From Styela clava (lineage: Eukaryota): a stretch of DNA of 64,000 nucleotides. Below the pieces are notes generated by a model that searched no databases, had not been told where the DNA came from, and worked only from the letters and a program-made list of their open reading frames with translations. Location of the stretch: NCBI RefSeq assembly GCF_964204865.1, contig NC_135260.1:14756001-14820000 (forward strand), written 5' to 3'. The translations under genes and the position numbers were made by a program. Of this stretch, positions 1-12,745 are shown piece after piece (the first letter of the stretch is position 1; every line of letters begins with the position of its first letter).

Positions 1-506
1 AGATTCGAGGTAAAGTGGGATTGCGTATACGAGCATCACACGTGGACAGTTTTGAGCGTGTTTGCCGGCACCAATATTTCTTGGTAATTTCTCAGTAGCT
101 CCCGGTTTTCGATGTGTTTACTATCATACCGGACGAGACGCGTTGCTTGGAGCTTTTTTCATGATAAATTGTTTTTAATTTGATATCAACCAGGCATCGT
201 ATTCTCGATTAGGACTAATTATACATGAGACAATCAAAGTAAGCATGCAGATTGACAAAAATATCACTGACAAAAAACTGTTTCACGTTAGAGTTTTTAC
301 TTTCATTTCGAACCGTTTTTCTTGCCTTTATTATTACATTTAAATATAATTAGTAAATTTTTTGCTCAATATTGAGCAATCATTACAAAAATAGCATTTC
401 AAACGTCTTCAATTGGAAATTAAGATCGCACAATTTAACACAATTATACTCAATATCACCACAATTGCGTGATAACTTGTCTGTAACTTGCAATACAGTG
501 AATGAA

Positions 507-2396
507 TTATTGGAATTCATTGATGGAAATATTACACAAATTGTTTCTGATTTCATATTGGGCGCATAATGGATGTTTTCCCGATAATGACAATAGAACT
601 TTCTTCATATGCTCATCTCAAATTTTTTTCTAGAAAATGACGCTTATATATACAATGCAATTATTTATTACAAAATGACAAGTATATTCAAGAGTGCAAC
701 TTATGGAATTCATATTTTAACATTACGCAATTATATCACATAAGTTTGTTCCCGTAAAAATAACTGATAAACCAAAAATAAATCACAGGCAATACTAATG
801 AACAATATTTTGATCTTGCGGAGCTCAGTACAACCTCAAAATGGCCTCATTTCTGACCAAAAATTATATACAAAAATAATAACTACATCAACAACAATGC
901 TAAATAATATTTATGTTTGATGACATCTAATTGAGAAGGTAGTCATCAGGACAATCATCATACGTTCTGGTTATGATAAGAACAAGACGGACTCTCCCAA
1001 ACCATTGATTGGCTCCATAGCTCCTGTCCATCTGTTGTGTATAATAATATACTGATTGCGTATAAAAAACAAGGTTCATGGAAGTTTGTGTCAGATGTAG
1101 AGCTGGGCATTTCAAATGATATATTCGAATACAATATTAAACCATTCAATGATTCAGATTAAAATATCGATTCGCCGCCATCTTTTTTTGCCACCAAAAG
1201 TCGAGGTAAATTCCTCAATTTTCCTAAATTTTCAAAATTTTCTGACATATGAATCTTTTTCTTCTTGGTGAGTTATTGGTGACAAAATGTTTCTTATTGT
1301 GTGCAAACGCTCAGCACACTGTCTGAGTGATGGATTTTATGTTTTCAGTAATTTATGTGTCTGAAGGGTCCATCACAATAATAAGTCACATAGAATTGCA
1401 TATCTTCCAAGTATTCGAAAATCGTTTTAAAAAAATTATACTATTCGATTCTGAAATCATCAGTTATTCGAAAATTCCCAGCTCTAGCAATTTGAAATGA
1501 AGTTTCAAGTATGTAACCCATTGAAAACTAAAATATTATATCGATTTACTTACTTGCATCGATCGTTTTCAAGTGGTGAAAGTATTGTAGCGAAAACTTA
1601 TGAATATGTATATGCAAATTTTGGCTTATAATTTTGAAGATACAGGTATGAGAATGGAGGAGTGCAAACCTGGTGAAGTTTTTCGTGGTCAGCATCATCA
1701 ACACTTGCCGATAGATCAACACTTTTTTCGCGGTCAACCTGGAATAGGCAAAATAAAAATTGAACAATTTTTGAGGCAATGATAACTTGTGAAAATTCAC
1801 ACATGAAATTTCATGTAATAAAATTTAATTTCTAATATACTCGTATATATTAAAACATACCATTTTCTGGGGTTTCAATTCGATTTCATCTTCTCTATTT
1901 CTCATATTTTCCAATTTTTTGTTTAGGTTGATGATGTAAATACCAAGGATGAAAACAGTAATTATAAGGGCAATATTCAAAATTAGACTTGCTGAGCTTC
2001 CCCAATCCTTCTTAAACTGTTTCACGCGAGAATGTTTTCCAATCTGTGTAATCTGAAAGACCAAACTTTTAAGAGTAGACTAATAAAAAACCCTTCGTCA
2101 TTTTGGGTCGTAGTTCGTTAGTTTTATGTATTCAATATTTGAAGATGTTGACAATCAAATGTGCACTATTTGTAATTTTTTCTAAAGCAGGTTTTCGAAC
2201 ATTCATTTGGAAACCAAAATTCATTATGCAGGAGAATTTACGTGTTACCTATGTGTAAGGCTCAACTTTTTCGGTAAGTATAATTTTTTACCTCGTATCC
2301 ATTGGCAACGGCTGACTCTTGGCCGGGAAGTTGCACTTTCACATCATAACTTTTTTCGGTCTTGTCCGAATTTTTGATTGTAGTCTGCACCACCAT
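507..2396 (-). pseudogene. Degenerate multi-exon gene for a type II single-pass membrane protein (family unresolved)
   Basis: Phase-consistent GT-AG exons 2396-2292 (MVVQTT...ANGYE), 2052-1861 (hydrophobic helix LILNIALIITVFILGIYII then coiled-coil-like NLNKKLENMRNRE), 1738-1554 (in-frame TAA at 1600-1598), and less certain 1360-964 and 629-507 with further in-frame stops. It could instead be a short gene ending at the 1598 stop. Confidence 0.45.
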
Positions 2397-2660
2397 TATT
2401 ACTTATCGATCTTAAGATCGGTAAGTATATTGATAGGTATTTGTATGTCTGTGTGTGTGTGTGTGTGTGTCTGTTAGATGAACGCGATATCTCACGAACG
2501 CGTGGTTGAATCTGCTCCAAATTTTGCATGTGCATGCACCTTACCTCGGACCAGACGCCTATCGATTTTGGGTTAATTATGTCGTATAATTAGCGAGTTA
2601 TTAACTAATTACCGATCTGAGATCGATAAGTCTTCGGTCTCCGACCGATATTCTCGTTAT
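2397..2660 (+). mobile_element. DINE-1/HINE-like (Helentron-associated) non-autonomous element
   Basis: Subterminal inverted repeats ACTTATCGATCT (2401-2412) / AGATCGATAAGT (2620-2631), 5' hairpin, internal GTCT/(GT)n microsatellite (~2447-2474), 3' stem-loop TCGGTC-TCC-GACCGA (2634-2648), T-rich ends, no TSD. Confidence 0.7.
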
Positions 2661-3947
2661 GTTATTATTCTGTTCTGATATTTAACTCAGTTCTTTATTT
2701 ATACACGTTACAGGTTCATTTTTTTTAATCAACCTGACAATTAAATATGAATATTTGAGCCAACATACATAATATTTCACATGGGCCTGTTTCCACTACG
2801 TATAGTCGTATACAAGAAGAGCAATTTTATACCGTTGCTAGTTTTTGTATTTAATTCTTAAATCATATCAAATCTTATTATATCTGTTGCAAGAAGCTTT
2901 ATTTCCAGATTATAGCAAATACGACCAGACTTTGTTGTATCGTCTTAAAATTTTAGAATGTATGTGGCATGTGCACCTATCTGATTATTCTTTCAGTTTT
3001 GAGGTCTTTTATGTTACAAACTCTCCCAATAATAATTACCCCCTGAGGTGATGATTAGGGATGTGTTATACCCGATAATGGGCTTCGAAATGTTCAGAAC
3101 AGATTCTCATTTGTAACTCACTAACAACAGTTTACCTCATTGCAGAAAACCATGCTAAACTCAGTGCTCTATAAAAATACAAGAGCGTGGCATGATAAGC
3201 ACAACGTCATATTTGCTAATGCATGTCACTACGTTAGCTAACATCAGCATGACACTTTTCACATAAATACGTAACTTTCAAAACACGAAATATAACAATA
3301 TAACAATACTTCTTCACAAGTACCTGGCAACACGAAAAGTTGACTGGATGTTGGTAACCAACATTTCATCAAGCACAAGTCAAATTGCCTAAACCTAATC
3401 CACTATACAAAGAATTGTTCGACATGATCTATTATTCCCGAAAGTAAAACGAGTGTGGAGAGCCCTCAAACAAAACTTTTCACTTTCAAGGGGGATTGAC
3501 GCAAGATCGCGATGTGAACATTTGCCGACAATATTGCAAAAACATTACATATTGTTATCGTGTAGATATTTTATGTTCTTTATGCTCAAAACTTTTATGC
3601 TACTCAGGCACAGACTTGAGCACACTCACTCAAAATCAAATCTTCGTGAAAACACTGAAAAGCTTTGAAAAACATACATGGTATAGGGACAATTGCCATA
3701 TTACCAGGCTTGTCCAGGGATAGCACACATTTGTATAAAAATATGTCCCATGGACAAGCCTGCATGCTACAGTACATCTTCAATGGTTTCAAATTTAAAT
3801 TGTGTCAATAGACAAAATAAATTTTCATATTTGTAAATTGGAAATATCGATTTTCTCCACAAATAGTAAACCTATGCGCGCCTTCGTGCCCCTATATTAG
3901 AGCATTGCTCTCTTATTTATTGTATTATTGTCTCTTATAATTTGATA

Positions 3948-3984
3948 CAATGGTTCCCAACCGTTTTACCTTGGCGGACCGGCA
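3948..3984 (+). mobile_element. Solo left end of a hAT-type MITE
   Basis: CAATGGTTCCCAACC...GGCGGACCGGC resembles the CAGTGGTTCCCAAC termini of other MITEs here; no partner end found. Confidence 0.4.
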
Positions 3985-5271
3985 ACAAATATTGAAATCA
4001 ATAAAATAGAAAATAATAACCCGTGTTTGAGTAACATACTCAATGTTTTGGCACAAAATAGAACAAAAAAAATCATAAACAGTTCAAACAACAAACGGTC
4101 AATTAGACCCAAATGTGTACCTCCACATTCATGTGGACGCAGAACATTGGCCAAAAGATGAGAATATTTGAACGCGTGCGACGATAACGCTCCACAAGAA
4201 TAATCCTATTCAGTGCATGGTTTTGAATAACCTTTCATATAATTTCTTTTGTTTTGCTGTGCCATTTGGTAGTAGATGGTGGTTAGCGGAAAGCAGCTGC
4301 ATCTTTGGTCAAGTGTCGGAAAAAAAGCGGATCCGTCGGAAGATTCGATAATGTGTGGGTTATTGGGTATATATGAACACCACGTCAAAAGCGTCTGAGA
4401 TTCAAAATAACTTCGAGCTCTTTGGCAAACATGGGAAGACTTGATACAACGTTGTTTATTGTTCAATTTTAATTTTGAATATTAATAAGAACATTGCAAT
4501 TTATTTTTGACTTAATAATAACATTTGCATTGATACACAGATATTCCAGATAATTTCTTCATATTTTATTGTAGCTCTTCGTCTCTATCTTAGCACCTTA
4601 ATCAATTATAAATCATTCAGGCCGTCATACCGTACAGTACAGTTGTAGTCACCCATTGATGAAAATGCCCTGAAGCGCTAAAATGTTTTTATATACCAGA
4701 ATAAGCTGATTGAGAGGGGAAGGCCATGTTGAATAGGATATTGCAGTACTGTAGATGGTGACAGTTCGTATGACAGTAATATACAGATGAAAATTTATTC
4801 CAAGTACTTCAATGTGTATTATTTATTCAATATCCGCAAATAGCCATATATATAGAATCTCCGCCTCTTTTCTATTATACGTACTTCGCAAAATTCGAAT
4901 CGGCACCCTGAATCTGCAATTTAATGTCTGAAAATGTATTACCGTTTATTAATAATATTGTTATAATTGCAAAATTTCGCAGCCCTTGCCATATTGAAAT
5001 CAAAGGTGTATTTTAGGTTACCGTATGTTCCATGGACTTGTCCAAGATATAAAAAAAAATATATTTGAGGGACGTAGTCATCCGACACAACGCTAAAAGT
5101 GCATGAAAGTATTATAGGTATAGATACGGAGTTTCATGGTTTAAAATTTAAACTCTATCTATGGATCATCTCGGTTTCTTGAGATTCATCAGCATACACA
5201 TTAGATTAAAAGACAGCAGATTAGATTTATGAGCGAGTGTCACGACTACTGTTTCCTGTATTAATCCAGCA

Positions 5272-5286
5272 TATATATATATAAAT
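5272..5286 (+). promoter_or_regulatory. Candidate TATA box of GATM
   Basis: (TA)n-TATAAATA about 45 bp upstream of the GATM ATG at 5330; a pyrimidine tract plus AG (5307-5308) also follows. Confidence 0.3.
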
Positions 5287-5329
5287 ACGTTTTGACTTTT
5301 GCCTACAGTAGCGTACTATCCAAGACAAT

Positions 5330-8300
5330 ATGCTTCGTAGCAGGATTTCGAGTTTTCTGGTAAGAAGATTTATATAGATTTCTTAGTAATTGCTTTAATC
5401 AGGATAATAATTTCACATAAAGATAGGGTAGTATCTGTACCTACCAGCTTTGCAGTGTGTCATAAATATGGCAAAGTATCATATATTATATATATATATA
5501 TATAAAGTAATCAACGAATTTCATTCTGATAATGGGTGTGAAATGACATTTTATTTTTTCCAGATTAACCATGGAAGAAATCCAATTAGAAATTTTTCAG
5601 CAAATCCAGCGGTGGTATGTATATTCATTGCTACTATAGGATAAGATAGGATTCACATAGGTACCCTGGGGCGGAGGAAAGTCGATAAGAAGGCTTATTC
5701 GTATGGCGTACCACGGACTCTCGTTTGGTTACCAGCCCATTTCGGGTATGGGATAAGTTAGCCAGTTATTTGTTTCAGATCATGGATTTGATGGTGAAGG
5801 AAGCCGTATCCGACCAGCGGGTACGTGAACCACCCTACGGAGGCGAGGAGTCTGGCAATCCTATTGCACATAATTATTAGGGATTTAAACCTGCGAATCC
5901 ACGCTTTTAATCATCATTGTAGAATATATGGGCATAATAGACTTTACTAAAGCGACACAAGTTTAGTACAAGACCATCCTCTAAAACGAGATGGGCTCAT
6001 CCCACAGATTTATATTTAATAAACACGGCAAATTCTGACCTCTAAGTGAATAGTATCATTTATAATACTGTGGAACAAACGGCTTATAAAGTATGAGCGC
6101 ACAAACGAAATCAACATTTTTCTTCTTATACACAGCGCGGAAGGAATCCAGTTCGGAGCATTTCGGCGAATCCTACGCTTGTAAGTTTATTGCTATTCTA
6201 CATTTTCGGGGTCAAGCATATACGTTTCTAATCGTCCTAATATTTCATTTTATACACTCGTTTGTAAGGATGTGCAATCATACAAGTGGAAAGATTTTCA
6301 ATGAATAAGGTTATATATACGATATTCCCGTAATTTATTCTTGATACTGGATGATAAAAATTAATATCAATCAGTTTATGCCAAAAAACCATCCACGTAA
6401 CTAAAGCATGGCTCTAGGTCGGATCAGTGGTTCATCTTCAATTTTTAATTTTATTCGTGGTATTGATTTGCAATTCGTGCCGGAGAACTATCCGCGTATA
6501 AATAAAGAAAGTAACCCGAAAGGAAGCTCTCGTGACTTTTAAAATCATCCGTGATTAATTGATTTTCATTTCCTTGGAGCCATGCAAGACATTGCTACTA
6601 CTATACGATGAGGTCATTTGGGACAAATATTTTATTTTGGTGGAATTTGAGGTATTTACAGCGACGATTTTCAGATTTCGATTCAAGCCCCAACCCGACA
6701 AACAATCATCGACTCTAACTTTAAAACTTGAAAATATCTGGCTATCCCCGGAGAGTAATAAAATGGATGACATATCTTACTATGCTTACTAGTTCCGGAA
6801 ATTCGACTTTGTGCGGGGCGTAATTGCCTTAATTAATGCCTATCTCAAATAATCGCTTTAATGCCTTTTTTATGTGGCGTTTTTACACCTTTACTCCTTA
6901 TAAAGCTACAATGAAGCATCCACTATTCCCTTCTAGAAAGGTCGGAATCTCCTCGATTCGGCACCTAGTCACGTTCAACGAGTTTATCACAAGGCATTTT
7001 AAATCTGAACTAATAGACTAAGAAAATTTTTGGGTACTTCAAACATGCAACACTCTTACACCATGCGGGTATATTAAGTAATAACATTTAAGTAATAACG
7101 GAGAACTTCATCATACCGCGCCGAACATTTGGTCACGTCCAACGCGTATATCACAAGGCATTTTAAATACTTTAAATCTGAACTAATAAATTGAGGAAAT
7201 TTTTGGGTGCTTCAGACATGAAACACTCTACAGCTCCATATACGGATATATTAAAAAATAAAGAAGACTTTTGTGGACGCAATAGGTACAAAAATGTACA
7301 CAAATTTATTTTTTCAGATACAGCCAAGGAGACAACCAATTAAAAAGTTTGAGGAAATTCCTACCGTGGTAATTTTATTTATATTTTAAATTTTAATCTG
7401 AGTGCGCTATAGGAGTATACCGAACTTTAGTGGAGTACAAGAAGATAGTTTTATTCAACACTTTCACTGACTCGAGATGAGCTCACCCTATACATTCCTA
7501 AGAAAACCAGCAATATTCATTTGAGTTAAGGTAGCCGGACAACTATTAGTAATATTTTTATATATGATTAGCGATATATATACATAAAAAGACCCCTTCA
7601 ACAAATCCGTCAATGGTAATCTCATTTTCATAGTTTCTTCTGTTTTATAATTGTATATATATACAAATGCCAGCAAAATGGTGTGTATGCTGACCAGACT
7701 AAAATTAAAACAAATTACATGACGGCGCAAACCTATAAACTTTAGTGAGATTATTCTTTATATATATCTAGATTTATTGAATAATATTATAGATGAGATT
7801 GGTTTTAGTCTGATAATCATAACTAATCAAGAGATTATAAACTTATTCAGTAAATGCCAATTCTTAATGTATGGAATAAAATTGGCGAATATAATAATTT
7901 CTGGCGCCCAAATATCTTTTGAGAGCGCCAAGATGAAGTATATATATATAAATTTCGATTTTGCAATATGGGAATCTAAGGAATTGTTGAATCTCCCAGG
8001 GACTACTAAGAAGCAATCAAGTCAGAGCCATTTCAACAAACCCAGCGTTGGTAATTTCATTATCATTTATAAGCTTTGATTTTTGAGAAATCTAGTATAT
8101 ATATGTTTTACATTTTTATATCGTGGATCGATTGTTCATTTCCTACTTTCATTCACTGAACGAACGCGAGTTCGTGCGATTGCATTAATCAATTTTGGGG
8201 TAACTGTCAAAACTGATTATAGCGAAGACGAACACAATTAATAGAAACATGTCAGTGATCGTTTATGACTTGACTTTTTGATTTCTTTAACTTCTTCACC

Positions 8301-11300
8301 TAATCCTAACACCGTCTTGAAGATCTATCTGTACAAATGACACATATGGAATAAACACATATCAAAACATATTTGCATATGGAACTCTAACTAATGAGCT
8401 TGACAACCGACTTCTTTGTTTCAGAATTTAAAAGAAGATAGCGAGGAATGTCCAGTATCTTCCTACAACGAATGGGATCCATTAGAAGAAATTATTGTAG
8501 GAAGAGCCGAGGGACTTACTGTTCCAAACTTAACTGTAGACATTAAGGTAAATAATATGCGACCGTTTACACTGAGCAGGAGGATATATTTCAATTGAAT
8601 GTAATTTACTGGCAGCGATGTAGATCGTCGGACTTTAGACTGCGTGGGCATTCGTCCTTCTAAGAATTTTGAGAGAGGTCTCCATTCTTGTTATAATTGG
8701 TTACCATAACATCATCAGATGTGTTTGCATACGAAGGTGTAAATTTATGTTTGACTGCATAATTTTGAAGAAAAAATGTGCCATAGTAATACGTTGTACT
8801 TGTATCATAATATTTGTTTGAAAGCCCGAATGAATTGAACCCTTTTTAACGCAAAATTGCAATTGAATTATTTTTTCAGTCGATTGTATCCGAGGAGCAT
8901 TGGGATTTCTTTCAAAGAGATGCAGGCAAACCTTTCCCCGAAAAATATGTACAAAGAGCAATCAGAGAAGTTGAAGAGTTTTGCAATATCTTGCGCCGAG
9001 AAGGAATTGTCGTTCGCCGTCCAGATATTGTAGATTGGGCAAAAGTATGCGAGACGCCTGACTTTAAAACTGCAGGTAAAACCATTAAAAAGCATTAAAA
9101 AAAATTTTTTTAATGCACTCTAGTGCGCAATAATCTATACATAAGTGATTTTTATTCTTTTTGTAAACATATATATTTATTTTAACTATCAGTTGAGGTT
9201 ACGCAAGACTAACTACCTTTCCTATGCCTTTGTGGAAGTGGAAGTTCTTGCACTGCCCCCAATTTTATTTCTCTATATTTGAAAACAAATTCAACAATTG
9301 CTAACCATTATTTATGTGCATGTCATCGCGTTACCATAGTCATCATAGTTTAAAAAGGCTTGTCTGAAGAAGTCTGAACCTGGTCAGACGAAACGTTACA
9401 GAAATGCATTTGTGTTAGTGCAAAGAAAGACTCTTGAAACAGTATAATCATTTTAGATGTCAGATTAAATCTTTAAAATCTTCGTCATCACAGCATCTAT
9501 ACTTTCCTTAAACAAATTCAATTGTACTTGTTCCATGAGAAGTCCTGAATAAAAATACTACAAAATTTTGTAAACTTGACGATGAGGAAATTTAATATAG
9601 GGTAGAACCAAATTAAAATGACCTCACTTGAAATTAAATTCAATATCTGCTACAATTAGACGACAAAACTTAGAGCCTAGTTAAAAATGAATTGACGTTG
9701 ATAATTCTTTTCAATATTTTATATTCAATCTCCAGCGTCGTCTATCTGCATTTCCCCTATTCTAACTTCGAATATTTATTTTCAGGTCAAGGTTCAGCTA
9801 TGCCTAGGGATTTGCTCATCGTTTTTGGGGACGAAATTATCGAAGCACCAATGGCGTGGCGTTCAAGATTCTTTGAATATCGAGCTTACCGTAGCATTGT
9901 GAAAGATTATTTCAGACGCGGAGCTAAATGGACAACAGCACCAAAGCCACTAATGAGCGACGAGCTTTATGATTCTGTGAGTATCGTTTGCAAATTTTAT
10001 CATGATCCAACTTTCATAATAGAATATATATATTATAGAGCTGTGGTTCCCAACCTTTTTTTCAATAGACCCCAAATTAGAATTTTTTTTTTGTAAAATC
10101 TAGCGACCCAAGAACATGCTCAAATAAATACTAAACGACATGTCGTACTTTCATGGCCATTAATTCCCCCATAAATTACCCCAATGTGAGAAGGCAGCGC
10201 TTGTTTGCCATCGGCGAGTTTTTGAAATGGTGGCGTGGATTCACTTAGCAAAATGAATGATGCTAAGTTTTTTACACATTGATACTTCCCTCATATACAA
10301 TCACTACACTTCAATAGCAAATATAAAATAAACAATAAAATTTATTAGAAAATAATATTAGTAACCTTTAGATTTTTGTTGAAAAAAACAAGCGACTCAA
10401 GAAAATTTTCAGTCCAAGTTTTGGGTCGCGGCCAATTGGTTGGGAAACACTGTGAAAGAGCACATCATGAAAATCAATACCATTTCTTAAAGGAACGTTG
10501 AGTTATGCAAAGCAGCTTTTAGCTGAAATCACTAGCTCAATTATTTTACACCGCCCTCCTAGGGAGTACAATTTCCAGCACACCAAAATTTTTGTTTTGA
10601 AAATGGCTTGAAAACATCTAGAATACAAAACATACAAATGCATGCTCAAATGTGATATGGTGGCTCAAAGTCCGGTACATGCAAATCCAATGGATCACAT
10701 TCGAAATTTATGAGGCGGGTGTTTGGGTAGGTCAAAACGCATTTTGTCTCAATTTATTCGATTTTTTATATATTGATGTTTATGTTCTATATTTTGATAG
10801 AATTATCCAGTGGGAGATACAGAAGAATCCGAACGTATGACAAGACAAGGAAAATTTGTCGTCACTGAATTTGAGCCATGTTTCGATGCTGCTGACTTCA
10901 TGAGAGCTGGAAAAGATATATTTGCACAACCAAGTCAAGTAAGTAGATGAATGTTTTGTAGGCTGTAATATTAGACATTGAAAAAATTTACAACTTACAT
11001 ATTATTCCGATTCTCTCAACAAGGGTTTGCCTGCTTGTATAAAGCTAGACTGTTCTATATATGTGTATTCTAAGTCTAGTCCAAAATGTGTTTTTGTTTG
11101 AATTCCAGGTGACTAATTTTATGGGCATTGAATGGATGAAACGACATTTGGAGCCGAAAGGATACAAAATACATATCGTAACTTTCAAGAATGCAAACCC
11201 AATGCACATTGATGCTACTTTTAGCATTGTTGGGCCAGGACTTGTAATTGTTAACCCAGCAAGACCATGTTATCAGGTATTTGCCCATATTCAAAAGATT

Positions 11301-12334
11301 TTAGTGTTGTGAATTTTGATATTGTACTTTCGTATGTATGTATGTGAGCATTTTCCATTCATTGGTACTGCAAACAGTAGTACATAAATGGGTTATTCTT
11401 CAGGCTAGGTAATAAGGTGCACTGAAACTTGCTGGATATAGTTTTTTTTATTACAATGTGAAATTACACTGTATGACATTTTTAGACCCAAAGCGGAAGA
11501 TATCGAATATTTAGAATATTCTATTTTTTGTACTATCAAAATTAATCCCGGGAAATGACTACACACAGTTGCTGAAAATTCTAAAGTTTAATAATTTCTA
11601 CCTCTGATTGTACTGAAATTCAACGACAAAACATATTTCTTATACTCAGATCGATCAATTTGAAAAGGCTGGATGGAAACTTGTTGAAGCGCCAAAACCT
11701 TGTATACCAGACTGTGAGTAATAAGTACATAAATACATCTATCGTTTACGTCTGATTGACTTGTGCTTTTGTGTCTTCTAAGTGCATTATATTGCATTTA
11801 CAGGAACATTATCCAAATATAATATTAGACATCATTTTATGTATAATCAAGTCAATTTTGTTTTAAAGCTCACCCAGTTTGGCTTTCATCTAAATGGATT
11901 TCCATGAATACTCTTATGCTGGATGAAAATAGAGTCGTCTGTGAAGCGCAGGAGATCGACACTATTAAAATGTTTGAGAAACTGGGTAATAGTTTGTTTA
12001 TATGTTTTCTGAATGTAATTATATATATAGGCGTCGTGATTGTGCGTGGGATAGGTTATGTCATTGGTTTAATTAAAAGCCCTATGATGAAAGGCAAATC
12101 ATGCTCCATTCTAATACTGTCTCTTTAGAGGGTTTTACATAAAAAAAAAAAATGGACATCATGACCATTATAATATTCTGTTTACCGACATAGAAATAAA
12201 CCCATATATATATTTATTTTCCAGGTATGGAAGTTATCAAAGTAAATTTCCGCCATGCAAATTCCTTTGGAGGTAGTTTTCACTGCTGGACTACGGACAT
12301 TAGACGAAGGGGAACCTTACAATCCTATTTCTAA
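5330..12334 (+). CDS. GATM: Glycine amidinotransferase (AGAT), mitochondrial
   Basis: Exons 5330-5359 ([10 protein letters not shown]); microexons 5564-5614, 6136-6180, 7318-7368, 8000-8050; then 8425-8547 ([14 protein letters not shown]), 8880-9075, 9786-9976 (AMPRD), 10801-10938 (EPCFDAADF, catalytic Asp), 11109-11276 (PMHIDATF, catalytic His; NPARPC), 11650-11713, 11869-11985 (LSSKW), 12225-12334 (GGSFHCWT, catalytic Cys; TAA). All GT-AG and in phase; 395 aa with one 51-nt microexon, 444 aa with all four. Confidence 0.96.
5636..5910 (-). mobile_element. tRNA-derived SINE (5'-truncated or diverged)
   Basis: Minus strand has a B-box-like GCAGGTTTAAATCCC (~5894-5880), a GC-richer body and a (CTATC)-type simple-repeat tail at ~5636-5655. 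Confidence 0.7.
6968..7260. repeat. Two-copy diverged direct repeat (~164 bp period)
   Basis: GTCACGTYCAACG...ATCACAAGGCATTTTAAAT...CTGAACTAATA...TTTTGGGTRCTTCARACATG at ~6968 and ~7132. Confidence 0.85.
9360..9401 (+). ncRNA. Minimal type I hammerhead-ribozyme-like motif (Penelope-like element relic)
   Basis: TTGT-CTGAAGA-A-GTCTGA(ACCTGG)TCAGAC-GAAA-CG-TT-ACAG: CUGANGA and GAAA cores, 6-bp stem II, short palindromic stem III, 3-4 bp stem I. Confidence 0.5.
10041..10452. mobile_element. hAT-type MITE
   Basis: TIRs CTGTGGTTCCCAACC / GGTTGGGAAACACTG; degraded 8-bp TSD TTATAGAG / TGAAAGAG. Confidence 0.75.
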
Positions 12335-12745
12335 AAACTGTGAAATATAAAAAAGATCACTACCTCAACTACGTGAAAAAAAGATATACAGATGCCAATT
12401 TCGATTCAATGCAATTAATATTGTTTACTAGAAGTATGCATATTTGTTATTGTTGTGCCTTGCTTTATAACCATACATGCATTTGATCAATCTTTCATTT
12501 TTGAATGCCCATATCCTATTCTATATGCTGTTACTATATTATATAAAATGAAGTAAAATATCCAAAGTAGTAACATTCTGAAAATACTAGGTTTTTGTAT
12601 GATATTGAATGCAGGTCCCTTCTCATTGTCTACTTCTTACTTCGTAGCCACAAGGATACTTGAACGAGATAGTATCAGAATGATAAAAAAATGATATAAT
12701 CTCTTTCCGCGAAATAGCATGTGTATTTGTGAGCTTTCGTTGAAT

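Larger units (their letters stand above)
5564..8050 (+). repeat. Tandem array of duplicated GATM microexons (4 intact, 1 decayed)
   Basis: [17 protein letters not shown] (5564-5614), [15 protein letters not shown] (6136-6180), [17 protein letters not shown] (7318-7368) and [17 protein letters not shown] (8000-8050), each flanked by AG and GT; decayed copy ...STNPSM|GT at 7565-7615. Confidence 0.85.

Noticed and set aside
507-1600. Stop-codon reassignment or read-through explaining the in-frame stops
   Set aside because: Neighbouring genes use TAA and TGA as normal stops; decay or mis-assigned exon boundaries are simpler
4206-4466. 86-aa minus-strand ORF near a MITE end as a transposase remnant
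   Set aside because: No recognisable transposase motif
5636-5700. SINE as partner of the full-length LINE in this window
   Set aside because: The tails differ ((CTATC)-type versus (ATCTGA)n) and I see no shared 3' sequence
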